A stretch of 64,000 nucleotides of DNA from Eledone cirrhosa (Eukaryota), in NCBI GenBank assembly GCA_964016885.1, contig OZ024753.1, positions 25,110,001 to 25,174,000 on the forward strand. Direction: 5' to 3'. Positions 16,115 to 32,400 of this stretch are shown here, piece by piece. A model generated the notes under the pieces. It was not told the origin of the DNA, made no database searches, and saw nothing but the letters and a program-made list of their open reading frames with translations. The number at the start of each line of letters is the position of its first letter. The first letter of the stretch is position 1. A program made the position numbers and the translations under genes.

Positions 16115-19100
16115 CAAGATATAGAAACATGATAGTAATAACTCCAGTCAAGACATAGAAACATGATAGTAATAACTCCAGTCAAGATATAGAAACATGA
16201 TAGTAATAACCCCAATCAAGTTATAGAAACATGATAGTAATAACTCCAACCAAGACATAGAAACATGATAGTAATAACTCCAGCCAAGATATAGAAACAG
16301 GATAGTAATAACTCCAACCAAGACATAGAAACAGGATAGTAATAACTCCAACCAAAATATGGAAACATGATAGTAATAACTCCAACCAAGTTATAGAAAC
16401 AGGATAGTAATAACTCCAGTCAAGACATAGAAACATGATAGTAATAACTCCAGCCAACACATAGAAACATGATAGTAATAACTCCAGCCAAGATATAGAA
16501 ACAGGATAGTAATAACTCCAGTCAAGACATAGAAACATGATAGTAATAACTCCAGTCAAGACATAGAAACATGATAGTAATAACTCCAGCCAAGACATAG
16601 AAACATGATAGTAATAACTCCAGCCAACACATAGAAACATGATAGTAATAAATCCAGCCAAGATATAGAAACAAGATAGTAATAACTCCAGTCAAGACAT
16701 AGAAACATGATAGTAATAACTCCAGTCAAGACATAGAAACATGATAGTAATAACTCCAGTCAAGACATAGAAACATGATAGTAATAACCCCAATCAAGTT
16801 ATAGAAACATGATAGTAATAACTCCAACCAAGACATAGAGACATGATAGTAATAACTCCAACCAAAATATAGAAACAGGATAGTAATAACTCTAACCAAG
16901 ATATAGAAACATGACAGTAATAACTCCAACCAAAATATAGAAACATGATAGTAGTAACTCCAACCAAGACATAGAAACATGATAGTAATAACTCCAACCA
17001 AGAATTAGAAACAGGATAGTAATAACTCCTACCAAGACATAGAAACAGGATAGTAATAACTCCAACCAAGACATAGAAACAGGATAGTAATAACTCTAGC
17101 CAAGATATAGAAACAGTATAGTAATAACTCCAACCAAGACATAGAAACAGGATAGTAATAACTCCAACCAAGACATAGAAACAGGATAGTAATAACTCCA
17201 GCCAAGATATAGAAACAGGATAGTAATAAATCCAACCAAGACATAGAAACATGATAGTAATAACTCCAACCAAGATATAGAAACAGGATAGTAATAACTC
17301 CAACCAAGACATAGAAACATGATAGTAATAACTCAAACCAAGATATAGAAACAGGATAGTAATAACTCCAACCAAGACATAGAAAAAGGATAGTAATAAC
17401 TCCAGCCAAGATATAGAAACAGGATAGTAATAACTCCAACCAAGACATAGAAACAGGATAGTAATAATTACAACCAAGATATAGAAACAGGATAGTAATA
17501 ACTCCAACCAAGACATAGAAAAAGGATAGTAATAACTCCAGCCAAGATATAGAAACAGGATAGTAATAACTCCAACCAAGACATAGAAACATGATAGTAA
17601 TAACTCCCGCCAAGATATAGAAACATGATAGTAATAACTCCAGTCAAGACATAGAAACATGATAGTAATAACTCCAGTCAAGATATAGAAACATGATAGT
17701 AATAACTCCAGTCAAGACATAGAAACATGATAGTAATAACTCCAGTCAAGATATAGAAACATGATAGTAATAACCCCAATCAAGTTATAGAAACATGATA
17801 GTAATAACTCCAACCAAGACATAGAAACATGATAGTAATAACTCCAGCCAAGATATAGAAACAGGATAGTAATAACTCCAACCAAGACATAGAAACAGGA
17901 TAGTAATAACTCCAACCAAAATATGGAAACATGATAGTAATAACTCCAACCAAGTTATAGAAACAGGATAGTAATAACTCCAGTCAAGACATAGAAACAT
18001 GATAGTAATAACTCCAGCCAACACATAGAAACATGATAGTAATAACTCCAGCCAAGATATAGAAACAGGATAGTAATAACTCCAGTCAAGACATAGAAAC
18101 ATGATAGTAATAACTCCAGTCAAGACATAGAAACATGATAGTAATAACTCCAGCCAAGACATAGAAACATGATAGTAATAACTCCAGCCAACACATAGAA
18201 ACATGATAGTAATAAATCCAGCCAAGATATAGAAACAAGATAGTAATAACTCCAGTCAAGACATAGAAACATGATAGTAATAACTCCAGTCAAGACATAG
18301 AAACATGATAGTAATAACTCCAGTCAAGACATAGAAACATGATAGTAATAACCCCAATCAAGTTATAGAAACATGATAGTAATAACTCCAACCAAGACAT
18401 AGAGACATGATAGTAATAACTCCAACCAAAATATAGAAACAGGATAGTAATAACTCTAACCAAGATATAGAAACATGACAGTAATAACTCCAACCAAAAT
18501 ATAGAAACATGATAGTAGTAACTCCAACCAAGACATAGAAACATGATAGTAATAACTCCAACCAAGAATTAGAAACAGGATAGTAATAACTCCTACCAAG
18601 ACATAGAAACAGGATAGTAATAACTCCAACCAAGACATAGAAACAGGATAGTAATAACTCTAGCCAAGATATAGAAACAGTATAGTAATAACTCCAACCA
18701 AGACATAGAAACAGGATAGTAATAACTCCAACCAAGACATAGAAACAGGATAGTAATAACTCCAGCCAAGATATAGAAACAGGATAGTAATAAATCCAAC
18801 CAAGACATAGAAACATGATAGTAATAACTCCAACCAAGATATAGAAACAGGATAGTAATAACTCCAACCAAGACATAGAAACATGATAGTAATAACTCAA
18901 ACCAAGATATAGAAACAGGATAGTAATAACTCCAACCAAGACATAGAAAAAGGATAGTAATAACTCCAGCCAAGATATAGAAACAGGATAGTAATAACTC
19001 CAACCAAGACATAGAAACAGGATAGTAATAACTACAACCAAGATATAGAAACAGGATAGTAATAACTCCAACCAAGACATAGAAAAAGGATAGTAATAAC

Positions 19101-19135
19101 TCCAGCCAAGATATAGAAACAGGATAGTAATAACT
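16115..19135. repeat. Tandem duplication, period 1564 bp (46 monomers)
   Basis: Identical ORF-track pairs lie at 16148/17712, 16221/17785 and 16726/18290. A private variant CTCTAGCC is shared at ~17094/18658. Ends are approximate. Confidence 0.88.
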
Positions 19136-22100
19136 CCAACAAAGACATAGAAACAGGATAGTAATAACTCCAACCAAGACATAGAAACAGGATAGTAATA
19201 ACTCCAGTCAAGACATAGTAACAGGATAGTAATAACTACAACCAAGATATAGAAACATGATGGTAATAACTCCAGTCAAGACATAGAAACAGGATAGTAA
19301 TAACTCCAGCCAAGATATAGAAACAGGATAGTAATAACTCCAGTCAAGACATAGAAACATGATAGTAATAACTCCAGTCTAGACATAGAAACATGATAGT
19401 AATAACTCCAGTCAAGACATAGAAACAGGATAGTAATAACTCCAGTCAAGACATAGAAACATGATAGTAATAACTCCAACCAAGTCATAGAAACATGATA
19501 GTAATAACTCCAGCCAAGATATAGAAACAGGATAGTAATAACTCCAGTCAAGACATAGAAACATGATAGTAATAACTCCAGTCAAGACATAGAAACATGA
19601 TAGTAATAACTCCAACCAAGTCATAGAAACATGATAGTAATAACTCCAGTCAAGACATAGAAACAGGATAGTAATAACTCCAGTTAAGACATATAAACAT
19701 TATAGTAATAACACCAACCAAGACATAGGAACAGGATAGTAATAACTCCAGTCAAAACATAGAAACAGGATAGTAATAACTCCAACCAAGATATAGAAAC
19801 ATGATAGTAATAACTCCAGTCAAGACATAGAAACATGATAGTAATAACCCCAATCAAGTTATAGAAACATGATAGTAATAACTCCAACCAAGACATAGAA
19901 ACATGATAATAATAACTCCAACCAAGACATAGAAACATGATAGTAATAAACCCAATCATGACATAAAAACATGATAATAATAACTTCAGTCAAGATATAG
20001 AAACATGATAGTAATAACTCCAGTCAAGATATAGAAACATGATAGTAATAACTCCAGCCAAGACATAGAAACATGATAGTAATAACTCCAGCCAACACAT
20101 AGAAACATGATAGTAATAACTCCAGCCAAGATATAGAAACAGGATAGTAATAACTCCAGTCAAGACATAGATACATGATAGTAATAACTCCAGTCAAGAC
20201 ATAGAAACATGATAGTAATAACTCCAGCCAAGACATAGAAACATGATAGTAATAACTCCAGCCAACACATAGAAACATGATAGTAATAAATCCAGCCAAG
20301 ATATAGAAACAAGATAGTAATAACTCCAGTCAAGACATAGAAACATGATAGTAATAACTCCAGTCAAGACATAGAAACATGATAGTAATAACTCCAGTCA
20401 AGACATAGAAACATGATAGTAATAACCCCAATCAAGTTATAGAAACATGATAGTAATAACTCCAACCAAGACATAGAGACATGATAGTAATAACTCCAAC
20501 CAAAATATAGAAACAGGATAGTAATAACTCTAACCAAGATATAGAAACATGACAGTAATAACTCCAACCAAAATATAGAAACATGATAGTAGTAACTCCA
20601 ACCAAGACATAGAAACATGATAGTAATAACTCCAACCAAGACATAGAAACATGATAGTAATAACTCCAACCAAGACATAGAAACATGATAGTAATAACCC
20701 CAATCATGACATAGAAACATGATAATAATAACTTCAGTCAAGATATAGAAACAAGATAGTAATAACTCCAGTCAAGATATAGAAACATGATAGTAATAAC
20801 TCCAGCCAAGACATAGAAACATGATAGTAATAACTCCAGCCAAGACATAGAAACATGATAGTAATAACTCCCGCCAAGATATAGAAACATGATAGTAATA
20901 ACTCCAGACAAGACATAGAAACATGATAGTAATAACTCCAGTCAAGACATAGAAACATGATAGTAATAACTCCAGTCAAGACATAGAAACATGATAGTAA
21001 TAACCCCAATCAAGTCATAGAAACATGATAGTAATAACTCCAACCAAGACATAGAAACAGGATAGTAATAACTCCAGACAAGACTGATAAACATGATAAT
21101 AATAACTCCAACCAAGACATAGAAACATGATAGTAATAACCCCAATCATGACATAAAAACATGATAATAATAACTTCAGTCAAGATATAGAAACATGATA
21201 GTAATAACTCCAGTCAAGATATAGAAACATGATAGTAATAACTCCAGCCAAGACATAGAAACATGATAGTAATAACTCCAGCCAACATATAGAAACATGA
21301 TAGTAATAACTCCTGCCAAGATATAGAAACATGATAGTAATAACTCCAGTCAAGACATAGAAACATGATAGTAATAACTCCAGTCAAGATATAGAAACAT
21401 GATAGTAATAACCCCAATCAAGTTATAGAAACATGATAGTAATAACTCCAACCAAGACATAGAAACATGATAGTAATAACTCCAACCAAAATATAGAAAC
21501 AGGATAGTAATAACTCTAACCAAGACATAGAAACAGGATAGTAATAACTCCAAACTAAATATGGAAACATGATAGTAATAACTCCAATCAAGACATAGAA
21601 ACAGGATAGTAATAACTCCTACCAAGACATAGAAACAGGATAGTAATAACTCCAACCAAGACATAGAAACAGGATAGTAATAACTCCAGCCAAGATATAG
21701 AAACAGTATAGTAATAACTCCAACCAAGACATAGAAACAGGATAGTAATAACTCCAACCAAGACATAGAAACAGGATAGTAATAACTCCAGCCAAGATAT
21801 AGAAACAAGATAGTAATAACTCCAACCAAGACATAGAAACATGATAGTAATAACTCCAACCAAGATATAGAAACAGGATAGTAATAACTCAAACCAAGAT
21901 ATAGAAACAGGATAGTAATAACTCCAACCAAGACATAGAAACAGGATAGTAATAACTCCAGCCAAGATATAGAAACAGGATAGTAATAACTCCAACCAAG
22001 ACATAGAAACAGGATAGTAATAACTCCAACCAAGACATAGAAACAGGATAGTAATAAATCCAACCAAGACATAGAAACAGGATAGTAATAACTACAACCA

Positions 22101-22542
22101 AGATATAGAAACATGATAGTAATAACTCCAGCCAAGATATAGAAACAGGATAGTAATAACTCCAACCAAGACATAGAAACAGGATAGTAATAACTCCAAC
22201 CAAAATATGGAAACATGATAGTAATAACTCCAACCAAGTTATAGAAACAGGATAGTAATAACTCCAGTCAAGACATAGTAACAGGATAGTAATAACTACA
22301 ACCAAGCTATAGAAACATGATAGTAATAACTCCAGTCAAGACATAGAAACAGGATAGTAATAACTCCAGCCAAGATATAGAAACAGGATAGTAATAACTC
22401 CAGTCAAGACATAGAAACATGATAGTAATAACTCCAGTCAAGACATAGAAACATGATAGTAATAACTTCAGTCAAGACATAGAAACAGGATAGTAATAAC
22501 TCCAGTCAAGACATAGAAACATGATAGTAATAACTCCAGCCA

Positions 22543-22575
22543 AGTCATAGAAAATGATAGTAATAACTCCAGCCA
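22543..22575. repeat. Single 33-bp monomer (1-bp deletion, AGAAACATGA to AGAAAATGA)
   Basis: The sequence reads caagtcatag aaaatgatag at 22541-22560, and the phase shifts by -1 afterwards. Seen once. Confidence 0.9.
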
Positions 22576-23194
22576 AGATATAGAAACAGGATAGTAATAA
22601 CTCCAGTCAAGACATAGAAACATGATAGTAATAACTCCAGTCAAGACATAGAAACATGATAGTAATAACTCCAAACAAGTCATAGAAACATGATAGTAAT
22701 AACTCCAGTCAAGACATAGAAACAGGATAGTAATAACTCCAGTCAAGACATAGAAACATTATAGTAATAACACCAACCAAGACATAGGAACAGGATAGTA
22801 ATAACTCCAGTCAAAACATTGAAACATGATAGTAATAACTCCAACCAAGACATAGAAACATGATAATAATAACTCCAACCAAGACATAGAAACATGATAG
22901 TAATAAACCCAATCATGACATAAAAACATGATAATAATAACTTCAGCCAAGATATAGAAACATGATAGTAATAATTCCAGTCAAGACATAGAAACATGAT
23001 AGTAATAACTCCAGTCAAGACATAGAAACATGATAGTAATAACTCCAGCCAAGACATAGAAACATGATAGTAATAACTCCAGCCAACACATAGAAACATG
23101 ATAGTAATAAATCCAGCCAAGATATAGAAACAAGATAGTAATAACTCCAGTCAAGACATAGAAACATGATAGTAATAACTCCAGTCAAGACATA

Positions 23195-26100
23195 GAAACA
23201 TGATAGTAATAACTCCAACCAAGACATAGAGACATGATAGTAATAACTCCAACCAAAATATAGAAACATGATAGTAATAACTCAAACCACGATATAGAAA
23301 CAGGATAGTAATAACTCCAACCAAGACATAGAAAAAGGATAGTAATAACTCCAGCCAAGATATAGAAACAGGATAGTAATAACTCCAACCAAGACATAGA
23401 AACAGGATAGTAATAACTACAACCAAGATATAGAAACAGGATAGTAATAACTCCAACCAAGACATAGAAAAAGGATAGTAATAACTCCAGCCAAGATATA
23501 GAAACAGGATAGTAATAACTCCAACAAAGACATAGAAACAGGATAGTAATAACTCCAACCAAGACATAGAAACAGGATAGTAATAACTCCAACCAAGACA
23601 TAGAAACAGGATAGTAATAACTACAACCAAGATATAGAAACATGATAGTAATAACTCCAGCCAAGATATAGAAACAGGATAGTAATAACTCCAACCAAGA
23701 CATAGAAACAGGATAGTAATAACTCCAAACAAAATATGGAAACATGATAGTAATAACTCCAACCAAGTTATAGAAACAGAATAGTAATAACTCCAGTCAA
23801 GACATAGTAACAGGATAGTAATAACTACAACCAAGATATAGAAACATGATAGTAATAACTCCAGTCAAGACATAGAAACAGGATAGTAATAACTCCAGCC
23901 AAGATATAGAAACAGGATAGTAATAACTCCAGTCAAGACATAGAAACATGATAGTAATAACTCCAGTCAAGACATAGAAACATGATAGTAATAACTCCAG
24001 TCAAGACATAGAAACAGGATAGTAATAACTCCAGTCAAGACATAGAAACATGATAGTAATAACTCCAACCAAGTCATAGAAACATGATAGTAATAACTCC
24101 AGCCAAGATATAGAAACAGGATAGTAATAACTCCAGTCAAGACATATAAACATGATAGTAATAACTCCAGTCAAGACATAGAAACATGATAGTAATAACT
24201 CCAACTAAGTCATAGAAACATGATAGTAATAACTCCAGTCAAGACATAGAAACAGGATAGTAATAACTCCAGTCAAGACATAGAAACATTATAGTAATAA
24301 CACCAACCAAGACATAGGAACAGGATAGTAATAACTCCAGTCAAAACATAGAAACAGGATAGTAATAACTCCAACCAAGATATAGAAACATGATAGTAAT
24401 AACTCCAGTCAAGACATAGAAACATGATAGTAATAACCCCAATCAAGTTATAGAAACATGATAGTAATAACTCCAACCAAGACATAGAAACATGATAATA
24501 ATAACTCCAACCAAGACATAGAAACATGATAGTAATAAACCCAATCATGACATAAAAACATGATAATAATAACTTCAGTCAAGATATAGAAACATGATAG
24601 TAATAACTCCAGTCAAGATATAGAAACATGATAGTAATAACTCCAGCCAAGACATAGAAACATGATAGTAATAACTCCAGCCAACACATAGAAACATGAT
24701 AGTAATAACTCCAGCCAAGATATAGAAACAGGATAGTAATAACTCCAGTCAAGACATAGAAACATGATAGTAATAACTCCAGTCAAGACATAGAAACATG
24801 ATAGTAATAACTCCAGCCAAGACATAGAAACATGATAGTAATAACTCCAGCCAACACATAGAAACATGATAGTAATAAATCCAGCCAAGATATAGAAACA
24901 AGATAGTAATAACTCCAGTCAAGACATAGAAACATGATAGTAATAACTCCAGTCAAGACATAGAAACATGATAGTAATAACTCCAGTCAAGACATAGAAA
25001 CATGATAGTAATAACCCCAATCAAGTTATAGAAACATGATAGTAATAACTCCAACCAAGACATAGAGACATGATAGTAATAACTCCAACCAAAATATAGA
25101 AACATGATAGTAATAACTCAAACCAAGATATAGAAACAGGATAGTAATAACTCCAACCAAGACATAGAAAAAGGATAGTAATAACTCCAGCCAAGATATA
25201 GAAACAGGATAGTAATAACTCCAACCAAGACATAGAAACAGGATAGTAATAACTACAACCAAGATATAGAAACAGGATAGTAATAACTCCAACCAAGACA
25301 TAGAAAAAGGATAGTAATAACTCCAGCCAAGATATAGAAACAGGATAGTAATAACTCCAACAAAGACATAGAAACAGGATAGTAATAACTCCAACCAAGA
25401 CATAGAAACAGGATAGTAATAACTCCAACCAAGACATAGAAACAGGATAGTAATAACTACAACCAAGATATAGAAACATGATAGTAATAACTCCAGCCAA
25501 GATATAGAAACAGGATAGTAATAACTCCAACCAAGACATAGAAACAGGATAGTAATAACTCCAAACAAAATATGGAAACATGATAGTAATAACTCCAACC
25601 AAGTTATAGAAACAGAATAGTAATAACTCCAGTCAAGACATAGTAACAGGATAGTAATAACTACAACCAAGATATAGAAACATGATAGTAATAACTCCAG
25701 TCAAGACATAGAAACAGGATAGTAATAACTCCAGCCAAGATATAGAAACAGGATAGTAATAACTCCAGTCAAGACATAGAAACATGATAGTAATAACTCC
25801 AGTCAAGACATAGAAACATGATAGTAATAACTCCAGTCAAGACATAGAAACAGGATAGTAATAACTCCAGTCAAGACATAGAAACATGATAGTAATAACT
25901 CCAACCAAGTCATAGAAACATGATAGTAATAACTCCAGCCAAGATATAGAAACAGGATAGTAATAACTCCAGTCAAGACATATAAACATGATAGTAATAA
26001 CTCCAGTCAAGACATAGAAACATGATAGTAATAACTCCAACTAAGTCATAGAAACATGATAGTAATAACTCCAGTCAAGACATAGAAACAGGATAGTAAT

Positions 26101-26860
26101 AACTCCAGTCAAGACATAGAAACATTATAGTAATAACACCAACCAAGACATAGGAACAGGATAGTAATAACTCCAGTCAAAACATAGAAACAGGATAGTA
26201 ATAACTCCAACCAAGATATAGAAACATGATAGTAATAACTCCAGTCAAGACATAGAAACATGATAGTAATAACCCCAATCAAGTTATAGAAACATGATAG
26301 TAATAACTCCAACCAAGACATAGAAACATGATAGTAATAACTCCAACCAAGTTATAGAAACATGATAGTAATAACTCCAGTCAAGATATAGAAACATGAT
26401 AGTAATAACTCCAGCCAAGACATAGAAACATGATAGTAATAACTCCAGCCAACACATAGAAACATGATAGTAATAACTCCAGCCAAGATATAGAAACAGG
26501 ATAGTAATAACTCCAGTCAAGACATAGAAACATGATAGTAATAACTCCAGTCAAGACATAGAAACATGATAGTAATAACTCCAGCCAAGACATAGAAACA
26601 TGATAGTAATAACTCCAGCCAACACATAGAAACATGATAGTAATAAATCCAGCCAAGATATAGAAACAAGATAGTAATAACTCCAGTCAAGACATAGAAA
26701 CATGATAGTAATAACTCCAGTCAAGACATAGAAACATGATAGTAATAACTCCAGTCAAGACATAGAAACATGATAGTAATAACCCCAATCAAGTTATAGA
26801 AACATGATAGTAATAACTCCAACCAAGACATAGAGACATGATAGTAATAACTCCAACCAA
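23195..26860. repeat. Tandem duplication, period 1836 bp (54 monomers), dropping to 1768 bp (52 monomers) distally
   Basis: ORF-track pairs 24001/25837 and 24273/26109 are offset by 1836, and 24613/26381 by 1768. A private variant CCAACTAAGTC is shared at ~24201/26037. Ends are approximate. Confidence 0.85.
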
Positions 26861-29459
26861 AATATAGAAACAGGATAGTAATAACTCTAACCAAGATATA
26901 GAAACATGACAGTAATAACTCCAACCAAAATATAGAAAGATGATAGTAGTAACTCCAACCAAGACATAGAAACATGATAGTAATAACTCCAACCAAGAAT
27001 TAGAAACAGGATAGTAATAACTCCAACCAAGACATAGAAACAGGATAGTAATAACTCCAACCAAGACATTAGAAACATGATAGTAATAACTCCAACCAAG
27101 ACATAGAAACATGATAGTAATAACTCCAACCAAGTTATAGAAACAGGATAGTAATAACTCCAGTCAAGACATAGTAACAGGATAGTAATAACTCCAACCA
27201 ATATATAGAAACAGGATAGTAATAACTCCAACCAAAATATAGAAACAGGATAGTAATAACTCCAACCAAAATATAGAAACGGGATAGTAATAACTCCAGT
27301 CAAGACATAGAAACAGGATAGTAATAACTCCAACCAAGACATACAAACATGATAGTAATAACTTCAGCAAAGACATAGAAACAGCATAGTAATAACTCCA
27401 ACCAAGACATAGAAACATGATAGTAATAACTCCAGTCAAGACATAGAAACATGATAGTAATAACTCCAGTCAAGACATAGAAACATGATAGTAATAACTC
27501 CAGTCATGATATAGAAACATGATAGTAATAACTCCAGTCAAGATATAGAAACATGATAGTAATAACTCCAGCCAAGACATAGAAACATGATAGTAATAAC
27601 TCCAGCCAAGACATAGAAACATGATAGTAATAACTCCCGCCAATATATAGAAACATGATAGTAATAACTCCAGTCAAGACATAGAAACATGATAGTAATA
27701 ACTCCAGTCAAGACATAGAAACATGATAGTAATAACTCCAGTCATGATATAGAAACATGATAGTAATAACTCCAGTCAAGATATAGAAACATGATAGTAA
27801 TAACTCCAACCAAAATATAGAAACATGATAGTAATAACTCAAACCAAGACATAGAAACATGATAGTAATAACTCCAACCAAGACATAGAAACAGGATAGT
27901 AATAACTCCAACCAAGATATAGGAATAGGATAGTAATAACTCCAACCAAAATATTGAAACATGATAGTAATAACTCCAACCAAGATATAGAAACAGGATA
28001 GTAATAACTCCAACCAAGACATAGAAACAGGATAGTAATAACTCCAGACAAGACATAGAAACAGGATAGTAATAACTCTAGACAAGACATAGAAACAGGA
28101 TAGTAATAACTCCAGACAAGACATAGAAACATGATAGTAATAACTCCAACCAAGACATAGAAACAGGATAGTAATAACTCCAACCAAGACATAGAAACAG
28201 GATAGTAATAACTTCAGACAAGACTGAGAAACATGTTAATAATAACTCCAACCAAGACATAGAAACATGATAGTAATAACTCCAGTCAAGACATAGAAAC
28301 ATGATAGTAATAACTCCAGTCAAGATATAGAAACGGGATAGTAATAACTCCAGTCAAGACATAGAAACAGGATAGTAATAACTCCAACCAAGACATACAA
28401 ACATGATAGTAATAACTCCATTCAAGACATAGAAACATGATAATAATAACTCCAGTCAAGACATAGAAACATGATAGTAATAACTCCAGTCAAGATATAG
28501 AAACATGATAGTAATAACTCCAGTCAAGATATAGAAACATGATAGTAATAACTCCAACCAAGCCATAGAAACATGATAGTAATAACTCGAACCAAAATAT
28601 AGAAACATGATAGGAACAACTCCAACCAAGATATAGAAACATGATAGTAATAACTCCAACCAAAATATAGAAACATGATAGTAATAACTCAAACCAAGAC
28701 ATAGAAACATGATAGTAATAACTCCAACCAAGACATAGAAACAGGATAGTAATAACTCCAACCAAGATATAGGAATAGGATAGTAATAACTCCAACCAAA
28801 ATATTGAAACATGATAGTAATAACTCCAACCAAGATATAGAAACAGGATAGTAATAACTCCAACCAAGACATAGAAACAGGATAGTAATAACTCCAGACA
28901 AGACATAGAAACAGGATAGTAATAACTCCAGATAAGACATAGAAACAGGATAGTAATAACTCCAGACATGACATAGAAACATGATAGTAATAACTCCAAC
29001 CAAGATATAGAAACATGATAGTAATAACTCTAGACAAGACATAGAAACATGATAGTAATAACTCCAACCAAGACATAGAAACAGGATAGTAATAACTCCA
29101 ACCAAGACATAGAAACAGGATAGTAATAACTCCAGTCAAGACTGAGAAACATGTTAATAATAACTCCAACCAAGACATAGAAACATGATAGTAATAACTC
29201 CAACCAAGATATAGAAACATGATAGTAATAACTCCAGTCAAGACATAGAAACATGATAGTAATAACTCCAACAAAGATATAGAAACAAGATAGTAATAAC
29301 TCCAGTCAAGACATAGTAACAGGATAGTAATAACTCCAACCAAGACATAGAAACAGGATAGTAATAACTCCAACCAAGATATAGGAATAGGATAGTAATA
29401 ACTCCAACCAAAATATTGAAACATGATAGTAATAACTCCAACCAAGATATAGAAACAGG

Positions 29460-32400
29460 ATAGTAATAACTCCAACCAAGACATAGAAACAGTATAGTAA
29501 TAACTCCAGACAAGACATAGAAACAGGATAGTAATAACTCCAGATAAGACATAGAAACAGGATAGTAATAACTCCAGACATGACATAGAAACATGATAGT
29601 AATAACTCCAACCAAGTCATAGAAACATGATAGTAATAACTCCAGCCAAGATATAGAAACAGGATAGTAATAACTCGAACCAAAATATAGAAACATGATA
29701 GGAACAACTCCAACCAAGATATAGAAACATGATAGTAATATCTCCAACCAAAATATAGAAACATGATAGTAATAACTCAAACCAAGACATAGAAACATGA
29801 TAGTAATAACTCCAACCAAGACATAGAAACAGGATAGTAATAACTCCAACCAAGATATAGAAACAAGATAATAATAACTCCAACCAAGACATAGAAACAG
29901 GATAGTAATAACTCCAGACAAGACATAGAAACAGGATAGTAATAACTCCAGACAAGACATAGAAACATGATAGTAATAACTCCAACCAAGACATAGAAAC
30001 AGGATAGTAATAACTCCAACCAAGACATAGAAACAGGATAGTAATAACTCCAGACAAGACTGAGAAACATGTTAATAATAACTCCAACCAAGACATAGAA
30101 ACATGATAGTAATAACTCCAACCAAGATATAGAAACATGATAGTAATAACTCCAGTCAAGACATAGAAACATGATAGTAATAACTCCAACCAAGATATAG
30201 AAACAAGATAGTAATAACTCCAGTCAAGACATAGTAACAGGATAGTAATAACTCCAACCAAGATATAGAAACAGGATAGTAATAACTCCAGCAAAGACAT
30301 AGAAACAGGATAGTAATAACTCCAGTCAAGACATAGAAACATGATAGTAATAACTCCAGTCAAGACATAGAAACATTATAGTAATAACACCAACCAAGAC
30401 ATAGAAACAGGATAGTAATAACTCCAGTCAAGACATAGAAACAGGATAGTAATAACTCCAACCAAGACATAGAAACATGATAGTAATAACTCCAACCAAG
30501 ATATAGAAACAGGATAGTAATAACTCCAGTCAAGACATAGAAACATGATAGTAATAACTCCAACCAAGACATGGAAACATGATAGTAATAACTCCAACCA
30601 AGATATAGAAACATGATAGTAATAACTCCAGTCAAGACATAGAAACATGATAGTAATAACTCCAACCAAGATATAGAAACAAGATAGTAATAACTCCAGT
30701 CAAGACATAGTAACAGGATAGTAATAACTCCAACCAAGATATAGAAACAGGATAGTAATAACTCCAGCAAAGACATAGAAACAGGAAAGTATTAACTCCA
30801 GTCAAGACATAGAAACATGATAGTAATAACTCCAGTCAAGACATAGAAACATGATAGTAATAACTCCAGTCAAGCCATAGAAGCATGATAGTAATAACTC
30901 CAGTAAAGACATAGAAACATGATAGTAATAACTCCAACCAAGATATAGAAACATGATAGTAATAACTCCAGTCAAGACATAGAAACATGATAGTAATAAC
31001 TCCAACCAAGATATAGAAACAAGATAGTAATAACTCCAGTCAAGACATAGTAACAGGATAGTAATAACTCCAACCAAGATATAGAAACAGGATAGTAATA
31101 ACTCCAGCAAAGACATAGAAACAGGAAAGTATTAACTCCAGTCAAGACATAGAAACATGATAGTAATAACTCCAGTCAAGACATAGAAACAGGATAGTAA
31201 TAACTCCAACCAAGACATAGAAACAGGATAGTAATAACTCCAACAAAGACATAGAAACAGGATAGTAATAACTCCAACCAAGACATTAGAAACATGATAG
31301 TAATAACTCCAACCAAGACATATAAACATGATAGTAATAACTCCAACCAAGATATAGAAACAGGATAGTAATAACTCCAGTCAAGACATAGTAACAGGAT
31401 AGTAATAACTCCAACCAATATATAGAAACAGGATAGTAATAACTCCAACCAAAATAGAGAAACAGGATAGTAATAACTCCAACCAAAATATAGAAACGGG
31501 ATAGTAATAACTCCAGTCAAGACATAGAAACAGGATAGTAATAACTCCAACCAAGACATACAAACATGATAGTAATAACTTCAGCAAAGACATAGCAACA
31601 GCATAGTAATAACACCAACCAAGACATAGAAACATGATAGTAATAACTCCAACCAAGATATAGAAACGGGATTGTAATAGTTCCAACCAAGACAAAGAAA
31701 CAGGATAGTAATAACTCCAGTCAAGACATAGAAACATGATAGTAATAACTCCAGTCAAGATATAGAAACATGATAGTAATAACTCCAACCAAGACATAGA
31801 AACAGTATAGTAATAACTCCAGACAAGACATAGAAACAGGATAGTAATAACTCCAGATAAGACATAGAAACAGGATAGTAATAACTCCAGACATGACATA
31901 GAAACATGATAGTAATAACTCCAACCAAGTCATAGAAACATGATAGTAATAACTCCAGCCAAGATATAGAAACAGGATAGTAATAACTCGAACCAAAATA
32001 TAGAAACATGATAGGAACAACTCCAACCAAGATATAGAAACATGATAGTAATATCTCCAACCAAAATATAGAAACATGATAGTAATAACTCAAACCAAGA
32101 CATAGAAACATGATAGTAATAACTCCAACCAAGACATAGAAACAGGATAGTAATAACTCCAACCAAGATATAGAAACAAGATAATAATAACTCCAACCAA
32201 GACATAGAAACAGGATAGTAATAACTCCAGACAAGACATAGAAACAGGATAGTAATAACTCCAGACAAGACATAGAAACATGATAGTAATAACTCCAACC
32301 AAGACATAGAAACAGGATAGTAATAACTCCAACCAAGACATAGAAACAGGATAGTAATAACTCCAGACAAGACTGAGAAACATGTTAATAATAACTCCAA

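Larger units (their letters stand above)
1..27063. repeat. Satellite domain A (variant subfamily)
   Basis: Diagnostic variants are GAATTAGAA (e.g. ~206, last ~26997), CAAACTAAAT, TCCTACC, GAAAAAGGA, CTACAACC and GCCAACACAT. Only one indel occurs (~22554). The right boundary is approximate. Confidence 0.85.
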